Shown here: one piece after another, positions 1 to 13,818 of the stretch
How the letters are laid out: the number at the start of each line of letters is the position of its first letter
How positions within the stretch are numbered: position 1 is the first letter of the stretch
Origin: Catajapyx aquilonaris
Lineage: Eukaryota
Length of the DNA stretch: 64,000 nucleotides
Reading direction: 5' to 3'
Assembly (NCBI GenBank): GCA_000934665.2
Contig: JYFJ02001795.1
Span: forward strand, 1-64,000
Made by a program: the position numbers and the translations under genes
The notes under the pieces: model-generated
Database searches by the model: none
Told to the model about the DNA's origin: nothing
What the model saw: the letters and a program-made list of their open reading frames with translations, nothing else

Positions 1-158
1 GCGCACTCACTCACTCGATTTGTAAACAGTGGCAACAATGGAAGCAGTCTCCATGGGCTAATGTTTGAATTGGCCCGCCGGACAGGGTTGCCAGGTAACG
101 CCGCCGCCGCCTCCGCCGGAAAAAAAACATTCAGCGACGGCTATTATGTCCAGCACTG
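1..158. mobile_element. Right arm of a palindromic MITE (same family as 411-744), truncated by the window start
   Basis: Near-identical to 591-744 and reverse-complementary to 411-562; ends in TGTCCAGCACTG. Confidence 0.75.
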
Positions 159-410
159 TACAACGATTAAGTGATCAAGAAATGGAAAGAATCATAGCAG
201 TATATGAAGAATATTAGATACGAAATAACATGTGGAACAAATTTATGAGAAAATCAGTGTTAACTAATTTATGAGAAAATCAGTGTCAACTACTGTATAA
301 AATAAATAATTTAACAATGAACAAGTAACAAGTGCATGTACAGAACAAATACAAGTACAAAACGTGAACATGTACAGTTTGATAAAATAATGACCTGAAT
401 ATACATAGTT

Positions 411-744
411 CAGTGCTGGACAAATTAGCCGTCGCTGAATGTTTTTTTTTCGGCGGCGACGGCGTTACCTGGCAACCCTGTCCGGCGGGCAAGTTCAAAG
501 ATCAGCCCATGGAGAGCGCTTCCATTGTTGCCACTGTTTACAAATCGAGTTAGTGAGTGCGCAGGCAGAAGAGACCCGTCGCTGGGTCGTCCGCGTCACT
601 CACTCGATTTGTAAACAGTGGCAACAATGGAAGCGCTCTCCATGGGCTGATGTTTGAATTGGCCCGCCGGACGGGGTTGCCAGATAACGCCGCCGCCGCC
701 GCCGGAAAAAAAACATTCAGCGACGGCTAATATGTCCAGCACTG
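411..744. mobile_element. Palindromic MITE/foldback element with CAGTGCTGGACA...TGTCCAGCACTG termini (hAT-like ends)
   Basis: Arms 411-562 and 591-744 are about 150-bp inverted repeats around a 30-bp loop. No clear TSD. Confidence 0.75.
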
Positions 745-1599
745 TTCAAACAGAAATGTCCAAATATTGCGTCTATTTGCACGACTGACAAATCTGTAGC
801 CTTTATACCCCCTTTTTATCCCCATTTCTTTGAAAAACTGCATGTTATAGCCTTTTATAGTACATTCAGGTAGATTAAAAAGAGGCCCATTGTGGCACCC
901 CCGTTTTTATCATCCACCTGCTCTTTTCTATGGTTTCCAAAAAAAAGCACAATTTGTGTTTGTGGTCGCCATGGTAAAACCACGCTACCATTTTTTCCTC
1001 TCTAGAAAACAATTTTTTTTTCCTCCTTGTATGTGACAAATGCCCGGAGATTCTTCTGGCATTCAAGGCACGTCCTATATTTTTTATCTTGGAAATAGAA
1101 GAGACCAAATGACTTCAGCTTCACGCGTCCAGACCTCAGCTTGGAAACATCTGCGATTTTTCAATATACAAAAAAGTGACGTGCTATGAACGAAGGGGAT
1201 TCGATCTCTGTGGAATCGAACGTATTCTTTTTTCCTCCTTTTTTTCCTCTTCCCTTCCTTTTGGGTATTAGCTCCGGAGGGAAATATTGAAATCGAGGAA
1301 GTTGTTATGGCCATAAATTTTCTTCCAGAGGCACGATGGTAATATAGGGGGTGGGTGAAACGAGCGATACGAGCGCCACCGTTTTAATGGCGGAAAATCA
1401 CGGGTTTTTCCTTCAATCATGTGCTTCCTGAAGGGCACGCTGCGATATTTTCAGAGTTACGAGGTGTTGTCAGGTGAGGAGAGATGGTCAGGTGAGGTTA
1501 CAATCATGTGAAGCAGCACAATGGGCAATAATTAACTCTAACGATGTACCGAACAATTATTTCAAAAAAATTGAGCACTATTAGAAAGGTTAGATCTCT

Positions 1600-2245
1600 C
1601 GGTAATTAGTGAGGTTAAGTTAGGTCAGGTCTAGTTAAATCAGATTACAGTAGGTCAGATTAGTTCAGGGCTGATTACGTCAGAGGTTAGTAGAGGTTAC
1701 AGAAAGTCAGGTTAGTTCATGTTATAGTAGGTCATGTTAGATTAGTTCAGGGTGGGTTAGGTCAGGTTAGGTCAGGTCGAGTTAAATCAAGTTAGGCTAG
1801 TTCATGTTACAGTTGATCAGGTCAGGTTACACTGGATCAGGTCAGGTTACACTAGATCAGGTCAGGTTACACTAGATCAGGTCAGGTTACACTAGATCAG
1901 GTCAGGTTACACTAGATCAGGTCAGGTTATAGTAGATCAGGTCAGGTTACACTAGATCGGGTCAGGTTACACTAGATCGGGTCAGTTTACACTTGATCAG
2001 GTCAGGTTACAGTTGATCAGGTCAGGTTACACTAGATCGGGTCAGGTTACACTAGATCAGGTCAGGTTACAGTAGATCAGGTCAGATTACAGTATATCAT
2101 GTCAGGGTGCAGTATACCAGGACAGGTTACACTGGATCAGGTCAGGTTATACTAGATCAGGTCAGGTTAAATTAGTTCACAATAATTTATGTCAAGTTAG
2201 GTAAGGTCAGATTCATTTAGGTTAGCTTAGGTTAGATACATTCAG
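1600..2245 (+). repeat. TTAGG/TCAGG-derived minisatellite; core is a 20-bp unit GATCAGGTCAGGTTACACTA (about 18 copies, 1816-2170)
   Basis: Tandem copies are directly visible; the flanks decay into GGTTA/GGTCA pentamers. Confidence 0.9.
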
Positions 2246-2974
2246 GCTAACACCCTTCTTATCCAAACTAGTGTTATCCTTCTTGTCATGGGATAAAACC
2301 AGCTCTATTTACATATATATCCATCTTCCAAATTCATATCCAGCTTCATCCATTTTTTTCTGCTCCCTAGAGTGTAGACATTGTTAGCAAACTTCTGCCA
2401 TATGTCAAGCCTGCTGAAGAAATGGCCTTCCTTGCAAATGTCTCGGGTTTAATCAAGTGGAACGACCCCATTCGTCATCCTGTTTCATAATGGAGGTGGA
2501 AATAGTCGTTGGGGCTATTAAAAACGTTCTCGAATAAGACGGGTTTTTTTTTGAAGACGACGTTATTTTGCTTGGAGTACTTGCTGAGCAGAGGAAGGAA
2601 TGAATTACGGAAACTGGATGACCCTCTCGATTTGGGAATGGCTTCTTCCTTCTCCTTTCTTGGTCCCTGCCATCGACTGATAACGAAAGACAAACCGGGG
2701 GAGTCTGTCGGACCCGCCAAGCTTTCCTCTTTCTTCCCTTGAAACAAAAGGATGTCTCAGGAGCAGAAGAAAAGAGAGCTGAGGGGAAGAAGAAGAAGAA
2801 AAATGGATGGGGCCTTGAAAGGAGCCCTATAGGAACATCTTTTTATCCAAATGAAGCCATTAAAGTGGAGTGGCCTCATTACCTTTTCAGGCAGAAAATG
2901 TTTCTTCTGCGGAGTGATCTCTGTTCTGTTGGAGGAAGGATGGATGGGGATGGGTGGAATAGAATTGAAATTTT

Positions 2975-3975
2975 TTGAACGTCGATTGTTGTTCGGATAT
3001 AAGAAAAGAAATTGTATTGAGGACTCCGACACATTACCAGATCGATGTATCGAACAATAATCAATAAGTCGAGTATTCAACCAGGAATCGATATATCGAA
3101 TGCTCGTACAATCGTTGATGAATACTTGAACTATTGTCGATACATCGAATATTCGAACAATAGGAGAGATATCGAACATTCCAATGATAAATGATACATC
3201 TATCGCCTATTCAACATACAGTCGAGGAATTAACCAATCGAACTACCATCGATATACGCTATATACGCACTACCGTTCATATATACTCGAACCATCGTCG
3301 ATATATCGAACATCCGAACTAGCCTCAATATATTATCGTATGTTCAACATGCAGTCGATATATTGAATATTCGAAATCGGTATATCTAATTTTGTACGTA
3401 CCATCTTCGATAATAATAAACATATCGAATTCTCGTACAATCGTTAATATAGACTCGAACTACTGTCATCGATAAACCCGAATATTCGATCAATAGACAT
3501 ACAGGTATCCAGCATTCTAATTATGAGAGATACATCTATTCAACATGCAGTCGATTAATATAATATTCAACCTGCAATCGGCATATCTACTTGTAATATT
3601 CGTAGTATCGTCGATCATATCGTATACTGGTAGTATCGTCGATAATATCGTATACTGGTAGTATCGTCGATAATATGGTATACTGGTAGTATCATCGACA
3701 ATATCGTATATTGGTAGTATCGTCGATAATATCGTATACTGGTAGTATCGTCGATAACGATCAAATACTCGTACTAGCGTCGATAACTATATCGAATACT
3801 CGTACTGGCGTCGATAATTATATCGAATACTCGTACTAGCGTCGATAACATACTACAGTATCAAATGATCGTAGCATCGTCGGTATATCAAATAGACCCT
3901 ACTCGTTCCATTGTCGATATATCGAAGATTACTATCATATTTTATTAATATCGAGCATGCTTAAGATTCTTAATA
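2975..3975. repeat. ATCGAT/ATCGA-rich degenerate repeat block containing a 28-bp tandem (TAGTATCGTCGATAATATCGTATACTGG, about 3600-3760)
   Basis: Dense ATCGA/TCGAT words; 28-bp period between 3631 and 3659. Confidence 0.85.
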
Positions 3976-4730
3976 TCAAACCTGTGAGCCATATTTTCTC
4001 AATAAATTCTCGTCCCATGCATTGTTGAGACTGGAGGATATACCCCCTCGCCTTTCCTTCCTGATTACTCCATTTTGAAATTAGTCTCCATACCTGTTTT
4101 CGTACGGGGTAAGGAGATTTGGCTGCACTTTAGCGCATTTGGGGTTTTCATTCCGGAGCAGGCAAGGCAGGGTTGGAACATGCTCGGATTTATTATCCGG
4201 AGAGTATTCCTCCCCCCCCCCTCTCCTCCGCCCCCCACTTTGTTTTCCTCCACATTTCCCTTATTAAAGGCGACGGTTCATGCATATTCAGGCCTCTGGA
4301 GCCTTGGGGGCCTCTGGATCGATCCCCCTCTTTCCCTGGGAACTTATTGTTTTGGACCTGGGGTGTGACGATATTTGGGGGAAGGGGGGGGGGGGGTGCA
4401 AGACCTAAACTTTTGGGAGGAAGTTGGCACCATCTTTCCTTTTGATTGGACCACCATTTCTCGATTCGTGTGGTGTTATTCGATGATTCACCCTGTACGT
4501 TTGCTGGAATTGAACTTTCAGATATTTGTTTTGGAATGGTAAGTTCTTATACTAGTACTAATGGTAGGCTATGTACGCATATGTCTGTCTGCTTGTTTGT
4601 AGAGGGTTATAGGTCAAAGGTTTCGCACAATTAAATAACACTGACTCTTAATAAGTTATCACCCCAATTCAGCTCTGACAATGGTATCAGTGTGATGAGA
4701 GAGACTGTGCGCCACCTATACGACGTGGTG

Positions 4731-5105
4731 GTACCAGATAGCATATACTATACATAAGAGGCGCAAACTTCTGTCGGCGCCGTTGATGTTCGCGTCTCTC
4801 TGTTTGGGGCCGTTGCCAAGGCTAGCGGCCATTTTGAAGTGTGGGCAACGCCTACGAGGTATAAATAAGGTACAGGCAAAAATATGGTCCGCCATCTTTG
4901 ATGGTTTTGGCGTCCATGGCAACTACACAGCAAGAATACGCGCGAATCACAGATGGCGGACCCTATTTTTGCCTGTACCCTATTTATCCCTCGTTGGCGT
5001 TGCCCACACTTCAAAATGGCCGCCATCCTTGGCAACGTCCCAAACAGAGAGACTCGGAAATCGAATGTTTGCGCCTCTTATGTAGTATATGCTCCCTGGT
5101 GGTAC
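4731..5105. mobile_element. Long palindromic (foldback) MITE
   Basis: Arms about 4731-4902 and 4945-5105 are inverted repeats, e.g. GCATATACTATACATAAGAGGCGCAAAC vs GTTTGCGCCTCTTATGTAGTATATGC, and GGCCATTTTGAAGTGTGGGCAACGCC vs GGCGTTGCCCACACTTCAAAATGGCC. Confidence 0.85.
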
Positions 5106-5859
5106 TTCAAAGGTGATGACTCACCCCGGACAAACAGTTTTCCCAACTTTTGGTAGTTATAACCACATTTCATGCACCTGTATACTGTACCATTCACACA
5201 CGTGTGGCTTATCTCATCTTCCAGCTACAGGCTGGGCGCCATTGTGAAACCCGTCCTGATTTACGATTTTCGCAGGAAACTCGCGACAATGCGGACCAAT
5301 CAGAAAGCACCCTCTTTGATTTCGAAAAGGGGGGGGGGGGTATCGAGAAAGCATAAGTGACGTCCATGATTTTCTTCCGGGACCGAAAACGACACCCTTA
5401 AAGGAAGCTTAGGCTTGAAACGTCTGTATATGGACCTCTCTCAGGGGCGCAGAACAATTTGGAGACTTCGAAGTCAACTTGCTAGGGTGGAGCTCAATTC
5501 CAGAGGAAGAAGGAAAGAAGAAGGAAAAGAAGAAAGAAGAAAAGAGAGTTGGCGGGTTGCCTTCTCTCGATTGACATCGGGGACCTATAAATTGTGTTTG
5601 GATGCCAGGAGCCGGATAAAGCGTCTCAGCCCATGTAGAGTTTGCGGGGCTGTGGCGCCCTCCGGCGATTGGAAATTAGGTTGGGGAATAAGTGCGACTC
5701 TTGCCGCATCCGAATTCCGCCATTTTAGGATTTTTTTTTTNGGGGGGGGGGGTTAGCTAACATCTCTGACGCAGTACGGGTAAGGCCACCTGTACACTGG
5801 TTTCAACATGAGTTACTTTCAGATTACAAGAAAAGTATATGTTTAATCATTAACATTTG

Positions 5860-6500
5860 CATTGAATTGTTATTAATCACTGTTACTGTTGGCTGTTATT
5901 TTCCTGAGAGCATTAGCACATAACTGATACTATTCACGGTTGGTGACTTCCAGTGGTGGGAACCGCTAACTTTCTCGGTAAAACGATGGGCATCGCTAAA
6001 TCGCTAATGATAAACCGCTAGAAAGGTTTGTGGTAATCCCAGTAATCATGCTAGCTGTTTATTGTTAGCTATTTAGCGCAGCCCACAGTTAGCGGTTAGC
6101 GGAAGTTAGAGTAACTAAAATTTTGGTTATCGTGCCCACTTCTGGGACTTCGAATTTTCCCATTTGTATTTTTCGAATAGAAGTAGCAGAGCTGCTATTA
6201 GTCACCGTTACTGATTGCAGCTACTTTCAGTAGCAGTCGCATAGAAAAGTCACTAATTACTGTTATTTTCCTGAGAGCATTAGCAGATAACTGTTACTTT
6301 TCACCGTTATAGGTGACTTCGAATTTTCTAATTCGTATTTTTCGAATAGTAGTATAGCACAGAGGTGCTATTAGTCACAGTTACTGATCGCAGCTACTCT
6401 TCAGTAGCATTCGCATGGGACAGTTACTAAGTACTGTTATTGGGACTGGTATTTTCAAATAGCAGTAGCAGGGACATGCTATAAGTCACCGGTACTGGTC
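5860..6500. repeat. Degenerate TAGCAG/GTTACTG repeat block (same family continues at 6780-7275)
   Basis: Repeated TTTTCCTGAGAGCATTAGCA, TTTTCGAATAG and GCTATTAGTCAC segments. Confidence 0.75.
5951..6144. mobile_element. hAT-like MITE nested in the TAGCAG repeat
   Basis: TIRs CAGTGGTGGGAACCGCTAAC / GTTATCGTGCCCACTTCTG. Flanks GTGACTTC and G-GACTTC form a degenerate 8-bp TSD. An empty-site paralog GGTGACTTCGAATTTTC is at 6312. Confidence 0.7.
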
Positions 6501-6779
6501 GCTGCTACATTTCAGTTTGTATTACCCCGTGGCCCTTAGGCCCTTTTAGGGGGGGATGTTCCCAAGGGAGGGCCCTCTTAATTAGCTTCTGGTCATTTCT
6601 GACCCTCTTAAATACCAGACCTTTTCTTTTGGCCCTGGGCAGAGGAGGGGGTGCTAATCTGCCCATACATGTCTGGTGAAAAGCGAAAAAACGGCTTATC
6701 ATGCTGACCTCCCCCTTGGCTGGCCAGTAGCATAGCCACTAGACCACCATGCCCCCCTGGAGCAGCCTGATGGAACAGC

Positions 6780-7275
6780 TATTAATGATCGTTATTAGAA
6801 ACTGCTCGTTTCGAATAGCAGTAGCAGAGAGCTGTCCACAATCGCCGTTATTGGTGACTTGTTTTTCTAATAACATGAGCAGATAACTTATTAAAAACCG
6901 TTACGGGCGAATGCTATTTGAAAAGCAGTAGCAGATAACTAATGACAGTCACCGTGATTATCGTGATTCCTGATAACATTATTAGGTAACTGCTACTAAA
7001 ATCCATTATATCCATGCTGCTATTTTGAATAGCAGTAGCAGATAACTGCTGCCAATCAACGTTACTGGAGGTTATTTTCATAAAGTTTAGGTTTATTGTG
7101 AAGGAACCAAAATTAATCAACTATGGCTCTCTGGATATTTCCCCCCTCAGAATTACCAGATAACTGTAACTGATAACAGTTATGGTTGAAGGTTATTTTC
7201 GAACCACAGTATTAATATCTGCTCCTAATCACCGTTACTGATACTGCTATTTTTGAATAGCAGTGATTATTGATA
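6780..7275. repeat. TAGCAG/GTTACTG degenerate repeat block
   Basis: Repeated GAATAGCAGTAGCAGA and GCAGATAACT words, same family as 5860-6500. Confidence 0.7.
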
Positions 7276-7644
7276 GCAAAAAAATATTGCAACTCGAAGC
7301 TCCTAGTGGGAAATATGTAAACTACAGTTAACTCTGGGATAAGTAGTGTTTAGGTATATGTGAACATTAGAGTGTTGTGGGCGGTTTATGATCCATGGGT
7401 TTTGGAAGCGGATGTTTGCTCTGGTTGGAGCAGCAAACATACGTGCGCTCGACGCTAGTTTGTTTTTGTTCCGATCCTGCAAATGCCATGCTTGCCAAAG
7501 GATTTGACTTTTCATTTTCGACCAACATTGCAGAAATTTTGACCCTGATTTTTTTTGACTTTTTTTTAAAAATGTGCATGGTTTTTGGGAGGGCGAATTA
7601 CAATGTGTTACATGAATTAAGGTTGTAGCTTAACTTGAATGGTG

Positions 7645-7795
7645 GAATATCGATCAAAAAAGCGATATATCGATTTTCGATTTTCAGTGCATCGATAAAA
7701 TGGAAGAACGATGTCCGGAATATTTCGATCGATTTAGCGATAAAATTCGAGTTTTCGCGACATATCAATCAGTGAATCGATATATCGATTTTTAG
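7645..7795. repeat. Short ATCGAT-rich block
   Basis: Multiple ATATCGAT/CGATATATCG words. Confidence 0.65.
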
Positions 7796-8309
7796 AATAT
7801 GTTGGCTCAAATCACCCCTAGAACGCAAATCGAAAACATTTACCAGCACTTGACCTGTGTAATGGACAAATTCTTTCACCATGCCCTTAAATATGTAGGA
7901 ATCTACATGCAGTCAGGTTGACCCTTTACCCAACAGTTCATTACATTTGGTTGGGTGGAAAAGCCCCCCCTCTGTCCCAAATTAACCCCGTTACATTTGG
8001 AAACAGTCGCGGCAAATATTTCCGCTTGTAATTAACCCTCCCTCCGTCATGACAAGGCCTGCAAAGTGCATTGGATTTGGTCATTCCCAGTCATTATGAT
8101 CCCTCCCGATTATTAGGCCCTATCTTTAATCCTCGCCCAGTCAGGAGAACGACCGTCAGTCCTCATTTAAAGGCGGATCACCAAATGGTGACGTCACGCG
8201 TGTCAAATAACCCCGGTCATTATTTTTACTTTGGCTTCCCTTGCCCTAAATTTGAGATAAACATGTTGCTTCAAGAGTAGTTCCCATGATGTGATCGTGG
8301 ATGGGGGAA

Positions 8310-9090
8310 CTCGATATATCGATGTGAACGCTCTCATATGTCAAACCTTTGATATAATCGATATATCGAATAATCGAACAAAGCTCAACATATCGATCAT
8401 TCGAGCTGGGACCTATATGTCGCACATTCCAGTTATAATTGATATCCTGAACAATCGATATAATCGATGTCAAGTTACAGTCACTCGTTCAAACGATGAT
8501 CTAAGTATCGAACATTCTTTATAAAAATCGATGTATCAAACATGCGATATATAATCGATTTATTGAACATTCGACTTAATCCAATCGATGTCGAGAAATC
8601 TGGTTTTTCCAAGATCGATGTATCGAACAGACGATATGTAATCGATGTATCGAACAGACGATATGTAATCGATGTATCGAACGTTCTCTCTAATCGATAT
8701 ATCGAACGTTCCCGCTCTAATCGATATAATAAACATTCGACACAATCGATGTCGAGAAACAGTCGATATGTCAAACTAAGATCGATATCTCCATCGTTGC
8801 GATATTTTATAATGATTTTCTAACATGATTACGTTCAAAATATCAAACCTATGAGCAATATTACTCAATATCGAATAATGAATCCCTCTAAACCCTCAGA
8901 GGCAATGTATCTAACTTATGATTCGCAATTGAAGGTTTTGATAGTCTTAATATATCGATACTGGACAGGAAACATGCGCGATTTTCGATACTTGCAATGT
9001 GGAATCATTCCGTGTACGAGTAATCATTTCCTTAATTATTGTAATCGATATATTAATTTCCGCTTGTTTCATTTGAACATTATGATATCG
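8310..9090. repeat. ATCGAT-rich degenerate repeat block
   Basis: Dense ATCGAT words; internal 27-bp tandem ATCGATGTATCGAACAGACGATATGTA. Confidence 0.85.
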
Positions 9091-10369
9091 CACCACCTAT
9101 CAGGAATGTCCTAATCCAACAAACTAGTACATGTTAATTAAGCTTAAATAACACTTTAAACTTAGCATTCAACCAATCTAGTTCCAGGCTAAAGCCAATA
9201 ATCCGTGTTCCCAGACCGAAACAGTTCAAAAAAAAACTGATGACGATAGCATCGCTAATCAATAGTAATGGATAAAGGTATGGTTTGAGGTAGAACTCTT
9301 TTTGTGGGGGCCCGACACTGATTGGATGAGCCACGTGATCATGATTAAAAGTCGGTTTCGATAATATATTGATACAGCACTTTGTCAGAGGCTTTTTGGG
9401 GGGTGGCCTCTCTTCTGGCCGCGGCTGGGGCCCTTCCAATTATAACGGCGATAAAGGATTGTTATCGGTAATGGGAACGGCGATTACCATTTGCCATGTC
9501 CATTGCGGAGAGGGGGAGGGGGGAAGGTGGTTTAAATGCAGAAAATGGGCATATTTGGTCGGATTTTAGGACCAGGTAATTAGCACCGGTTGTAGAGCGC
9601 CATTGTGGAGTTTCTGCGTCCCAAAATATGTTGTGTCCGAAACTTTTCTTGCCATGTAGTACCATACCACTCGAATATATGACGCTACATCACACTCATA
9701 CCCCAGCCACATAATGCCCTTATCAGCTGTACCCTAAGGGAGGGCAGTTGTCGCTTCGGCGCTGGTGTAGTGGCCAAATATCCTGGCGGGCGATTTTTTT
9801 AAGTAAAAATCCAGTATTATAATATCAATGCGAACAAATGGAATGAAAGACATGTCACGATAAGGCCTAAAAAAATAGATCAGTCTACAAATGAATCGTC
9901 ACCTACACAATGCATGGCTCAATTAATAGCTATAGTAGGGTGGAGCTATTTCAAGTCCAATTATAGGTTATATCTCAATCCAACTGTTATTTCGTGAGAG
10001 GCCAAAACAGTTTCCATTGTTTCAACTCTTGCTCCTCGTCACGTTCGAAAGAGTTTTTTTTCCACACCCATGGAATAATAGGTGACATTTTGTGGTGTGT
10101 CAATTTATTGTCATGAACTTCAAAAGCTTTGTTTATAGTGACAGTGGGATAGCACGCGTCGTTGTTGTTATTGTTATTATGGGTCCAGTGCTCTCTCTTT
10201 TTTTTCATTCCTGGATTATAGATTTTAAGAGGCGTGATTGATGGTGGCGCCACTTATTTGAAACTGCAACACTGTCAGTCCAAAATCCATTGTAATGATC
10301 AAAAGTGTGTATGAAATATTGGATAAATTTATGACGTTGTAAGTTGACAGGCTGCTGGTTAATTATTAT

Positions 10370-11010
10370 TATCAAATTATAATCGACTAATTACGATAGA
10401 AAAATGAATTCAAAATATTGACATGTAATAATACGCAGGAAGAAAAAAAATTAGCTGGCTACAAATTATTAACAGGCTATATTAATATTAAATCAATAAA
10501 ATGTACCATACATAACATGCGCGATAAATAAATATTTAAAAACTCATAATAAAATCAAATAAATACATTCAAAAATAAATAAATAAAAACCAATAACAAT
10601 CAAGCAAATGAATAAGTAGGCCTATAATTAAATTAATAACGAAATCATACTACCAAAGAAATTACACGAAATTAAAAGGAAATGATACGAAACATGACAC
10701 AAATGAACAACAAATATAAATAATAATTGCAATCGCTTTACCACCAGGTAATATCGATAAGAGTGGACAAAATATTCTGTATTTATGTCTACCAATTTAT
10801 TTACATCTTCCCAAACTTTATTCGTATTAATTCTGATGTAGGGTACATCATATACCTAGTAAAATATTCATGATCATGTTTTAATTGCATTTAAAATATA
10901 CAGTGTAGATCTGATAAGATTATAAGATCATAATAATAACAATAACAACAACAATAATAATAATAATAGTAATTGTTATTATTGTTATTATTGTTATTAG
11001 TATTATTATG
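10370..11010. repeat. AT-rich low-complexity tract ending in (AAT/AAC)n followed by (TTA/TTG)n
   Basis: Composition and trinucleotide runs at 10930-11008. Confidence 0.7.
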
Positions 11011-13551
11011 GTCTGACCCAAAATAATGGCTGTTTCGTGTCATGTGAACAACAGGTTGCGTTGTATGCAAAATTGTGCAAAGTTAGGGAAGATCAGCCAT
11101 AAAGAGAGAGAGAGAAGGGTTGGCGCATTTAACCATCCAAACTCTAGCCATTATAACAACGCTGTGTACATATCTCAAAACTTTCTGTTGGTTTACGGCT
11201 AACCGCAATCTGCTGGCCTTAGGCATTGCACGTAGTTGCTTCATTGCTTTCCGCACACCTAAGTTACACTTTTTAAAAAATGCACTGCTTCTACTCAATA
11301 AACTAACTGCACAGTGCGACCCACTTTCATTATGTTAACAATAGAGCCCATGAATCATAACTTCTGTTCGTTTTGCTATTTTTAAAACTAATACACATAT
11401 TTTTTTACCTTGTAAGCTATACACAGTGTGGTTCACACACATGTAAGTTTTGCAACTGAAGGTTATCATTCATTGGCTGGGCTTTGTGCAGAAATGTTCT
11501 GCAACAAGCGAAACCCAATAATGGGTTACCTTCCATGAAGAAGATTATATTTGGAATTCTGTTTGGCAGCCGGGCAAATGAAATTTGCAACTTGCGGTTG
11601 TCATCCAAGTTGGAGGGAGTAATTAAGGTCAGTAATTAGAGTCTGGGGTGGGGAGGAGGGGTAGAGGAGGTGAAGGGTGGAGAGAGTTGGCAAGGGAAAA
11701 ATAATATACAGGAGGGTTTACATGAATAATGCTTGGAGGGAGGGGGTGAAATTTAATTGAGATTTAAGTTGCCTAGTTTTTAACCAACAGGGTGGTTAAT
11801 TGCATAATAATTAACTTGCCTAAAGCATTTTACTGATTGAGTCTGCGAAACCTGATTAATATTTTTGGTAGTTCAACTGATATTCACAATAACTAATATA
11901 AGCACTAATATTAATCATAATATGAAAAACTGTTATTATTAACAACTAGTATTCATCCTCACTAACTAATATTAATAACAAGTAATATGAATACAACTAA
12001 CCGTTACACACTAATAGGGATAATAAGCACTTTTCACAATAGCTAATATTGATAACTACTTTCACAATAGCTAATATTAACAATAACTGCTACTAACCAA
12101 AATCTGTAAAATTCATACTTTTAATGAAATATTTTCTGTTGGCCTATACCCATTGTTGAAAAATAATGCCTATATGTGCCATAGGGGCAATTAAAACACC
12201 TGTCAGAGCTTCCAACCTTGATGGCCAATCACAGTCAGCTTAGCCATCACCGCAACCCCCCCTATCCCCAGCAGCCAAATGGCTCTCAGTCAACATACAC
12301 CTGACCCCAAACGCAATGAAATATATAATAGGCAAGCAACAATCAAATCAATTTTAGGTTCCCCTTCCATCCCATCCACCCCCAATCCCCCTAACCGGAC
12401 TTAACAAGATTATGGACACTTTAATTATCAGACTATCCAACCTCCAACTGAATAACTCCGCATAATTGGTCAGCTAATCATAAATTTTCATCCGGAGGGC
12501 CACCCTAGTACAGGCCTGTTACTATCACAGGTACGTATGGCCAATAGTTGCATTCAAACTATAATAAGCGGCATAGTAATCACCTTTCCCCAGAAGGCTT
12601 TGTGATGTTATGATATTTTGATTTGACATAATTATTATTATTGTATCGAAGGAAATAAAATATCCCACATCATATTTATGTACATTTCAATCGATTCTCT
12701 CCACACAAATCCTGAAATCGCAGGCTTTTCCCATGTTGACATCATCAAAAAAATATTATCGACATCTCCTTCTAATAGTCCCCTCATTACACGAATCTCC
12801 CAACGGGTGTTGTCGACTCCATTTTTATATTTTAACAACCACTCCCCACCGACAGAGGGCTCTAGAATCCTTTCTACAGGGTGGGGTGGGTAAGAAAACT
12901 AACAATAAACAGCACATCAGGCTAGATTCAATGGAAGTAAAAAAAAAAATCTAGGACGGTTGGAAGCGGCAGGTAGACGAGGCCTATGGGGTAGGAAGGA
13001 AAGAGCAGGAAAAGCTTTTCGCAGCAAGGCGTCATTATGCTGGAAGCGCATAACGAGCGAAAATATAGCTCCCGGAGCGAACATTTGACTCGCTCGCTTG
13101 GAAAATAGAACCTCCAACCTTTAAATAGAGACGGGAGGGGTTACATGACCCCTGAAGGAAGAGGTCAAAAAGATGGCGGCAGTTTTTTTTTGATCTGATT
13201 TTTTTCCCTTCTAGGCGCCCTCTTGGGGATTTATTGGCGTTTTTTTGTTTGTCTTTTTCCTTGGCGTTGATCCTCACCAGTCCCACGTTTATGGAGGGAT
13301 CGCAGGTGACACATTGATCTGATTGAACGCGAGGGATCAAACAAAATCCTCCAAGGAAGAAGACCGTGGCGCTTGGCTGCCCTACTTCGATGGTATCAGT
13401 GGCAAATCGATAGTATAGCTGTGGGAAAAATCTGAAGCAAAAAAGACGTAATTGAAGTCGACCTGGTTCGTGTGAGACACACCACACTTGATCTGGGTTT
13501 ATAACCAATATAGTAGAGCATACCTAAAGAGAAATTAACAGGGGGTACGGT

Positions 13552-13818
13552 ATATTAGCAAATCATCTGTGGTCCCCGCAACCGGTCCTAAACGTAACTG
13601 ACCTAACGTAACCTATCCTAACATATTCCTACCTATCCTAACCTATCCTAACCTACCCTAACCTATCCTAACCTATCCTAACCTACCCTAACCTATCCTA
13701 ACCTATCCTAACCTATCCTAACCCAACCTAACCTTCCTCCTTGTGGATACAACCTTATCTTCAGCGGATACAGAAACCTATGGACCGGTTGCGGAGACCA
13801 CCTACGATTTACTTATAT
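13552..13818. mobile_element. TIR element carrying an internal (CCTAA/CCTAT)n array
   Basis: TIRs ATTAGCAAATCATCTGTGGTCCCCGCAACCGGTCC / GGACCGGTTGCGGAGACCACCTACGATTTACTTAT enclose a 10-bp unit ACCTATCCTA array (13600-13733). Confidence 0.8.

Noticed and set aside
5741..5741. Single N in a T/G homopolymer junction (also at 23462)
   Set aside because: Assembly or base-calling ambiguity, not biology; nearby homopolymer lengths are unreliable.
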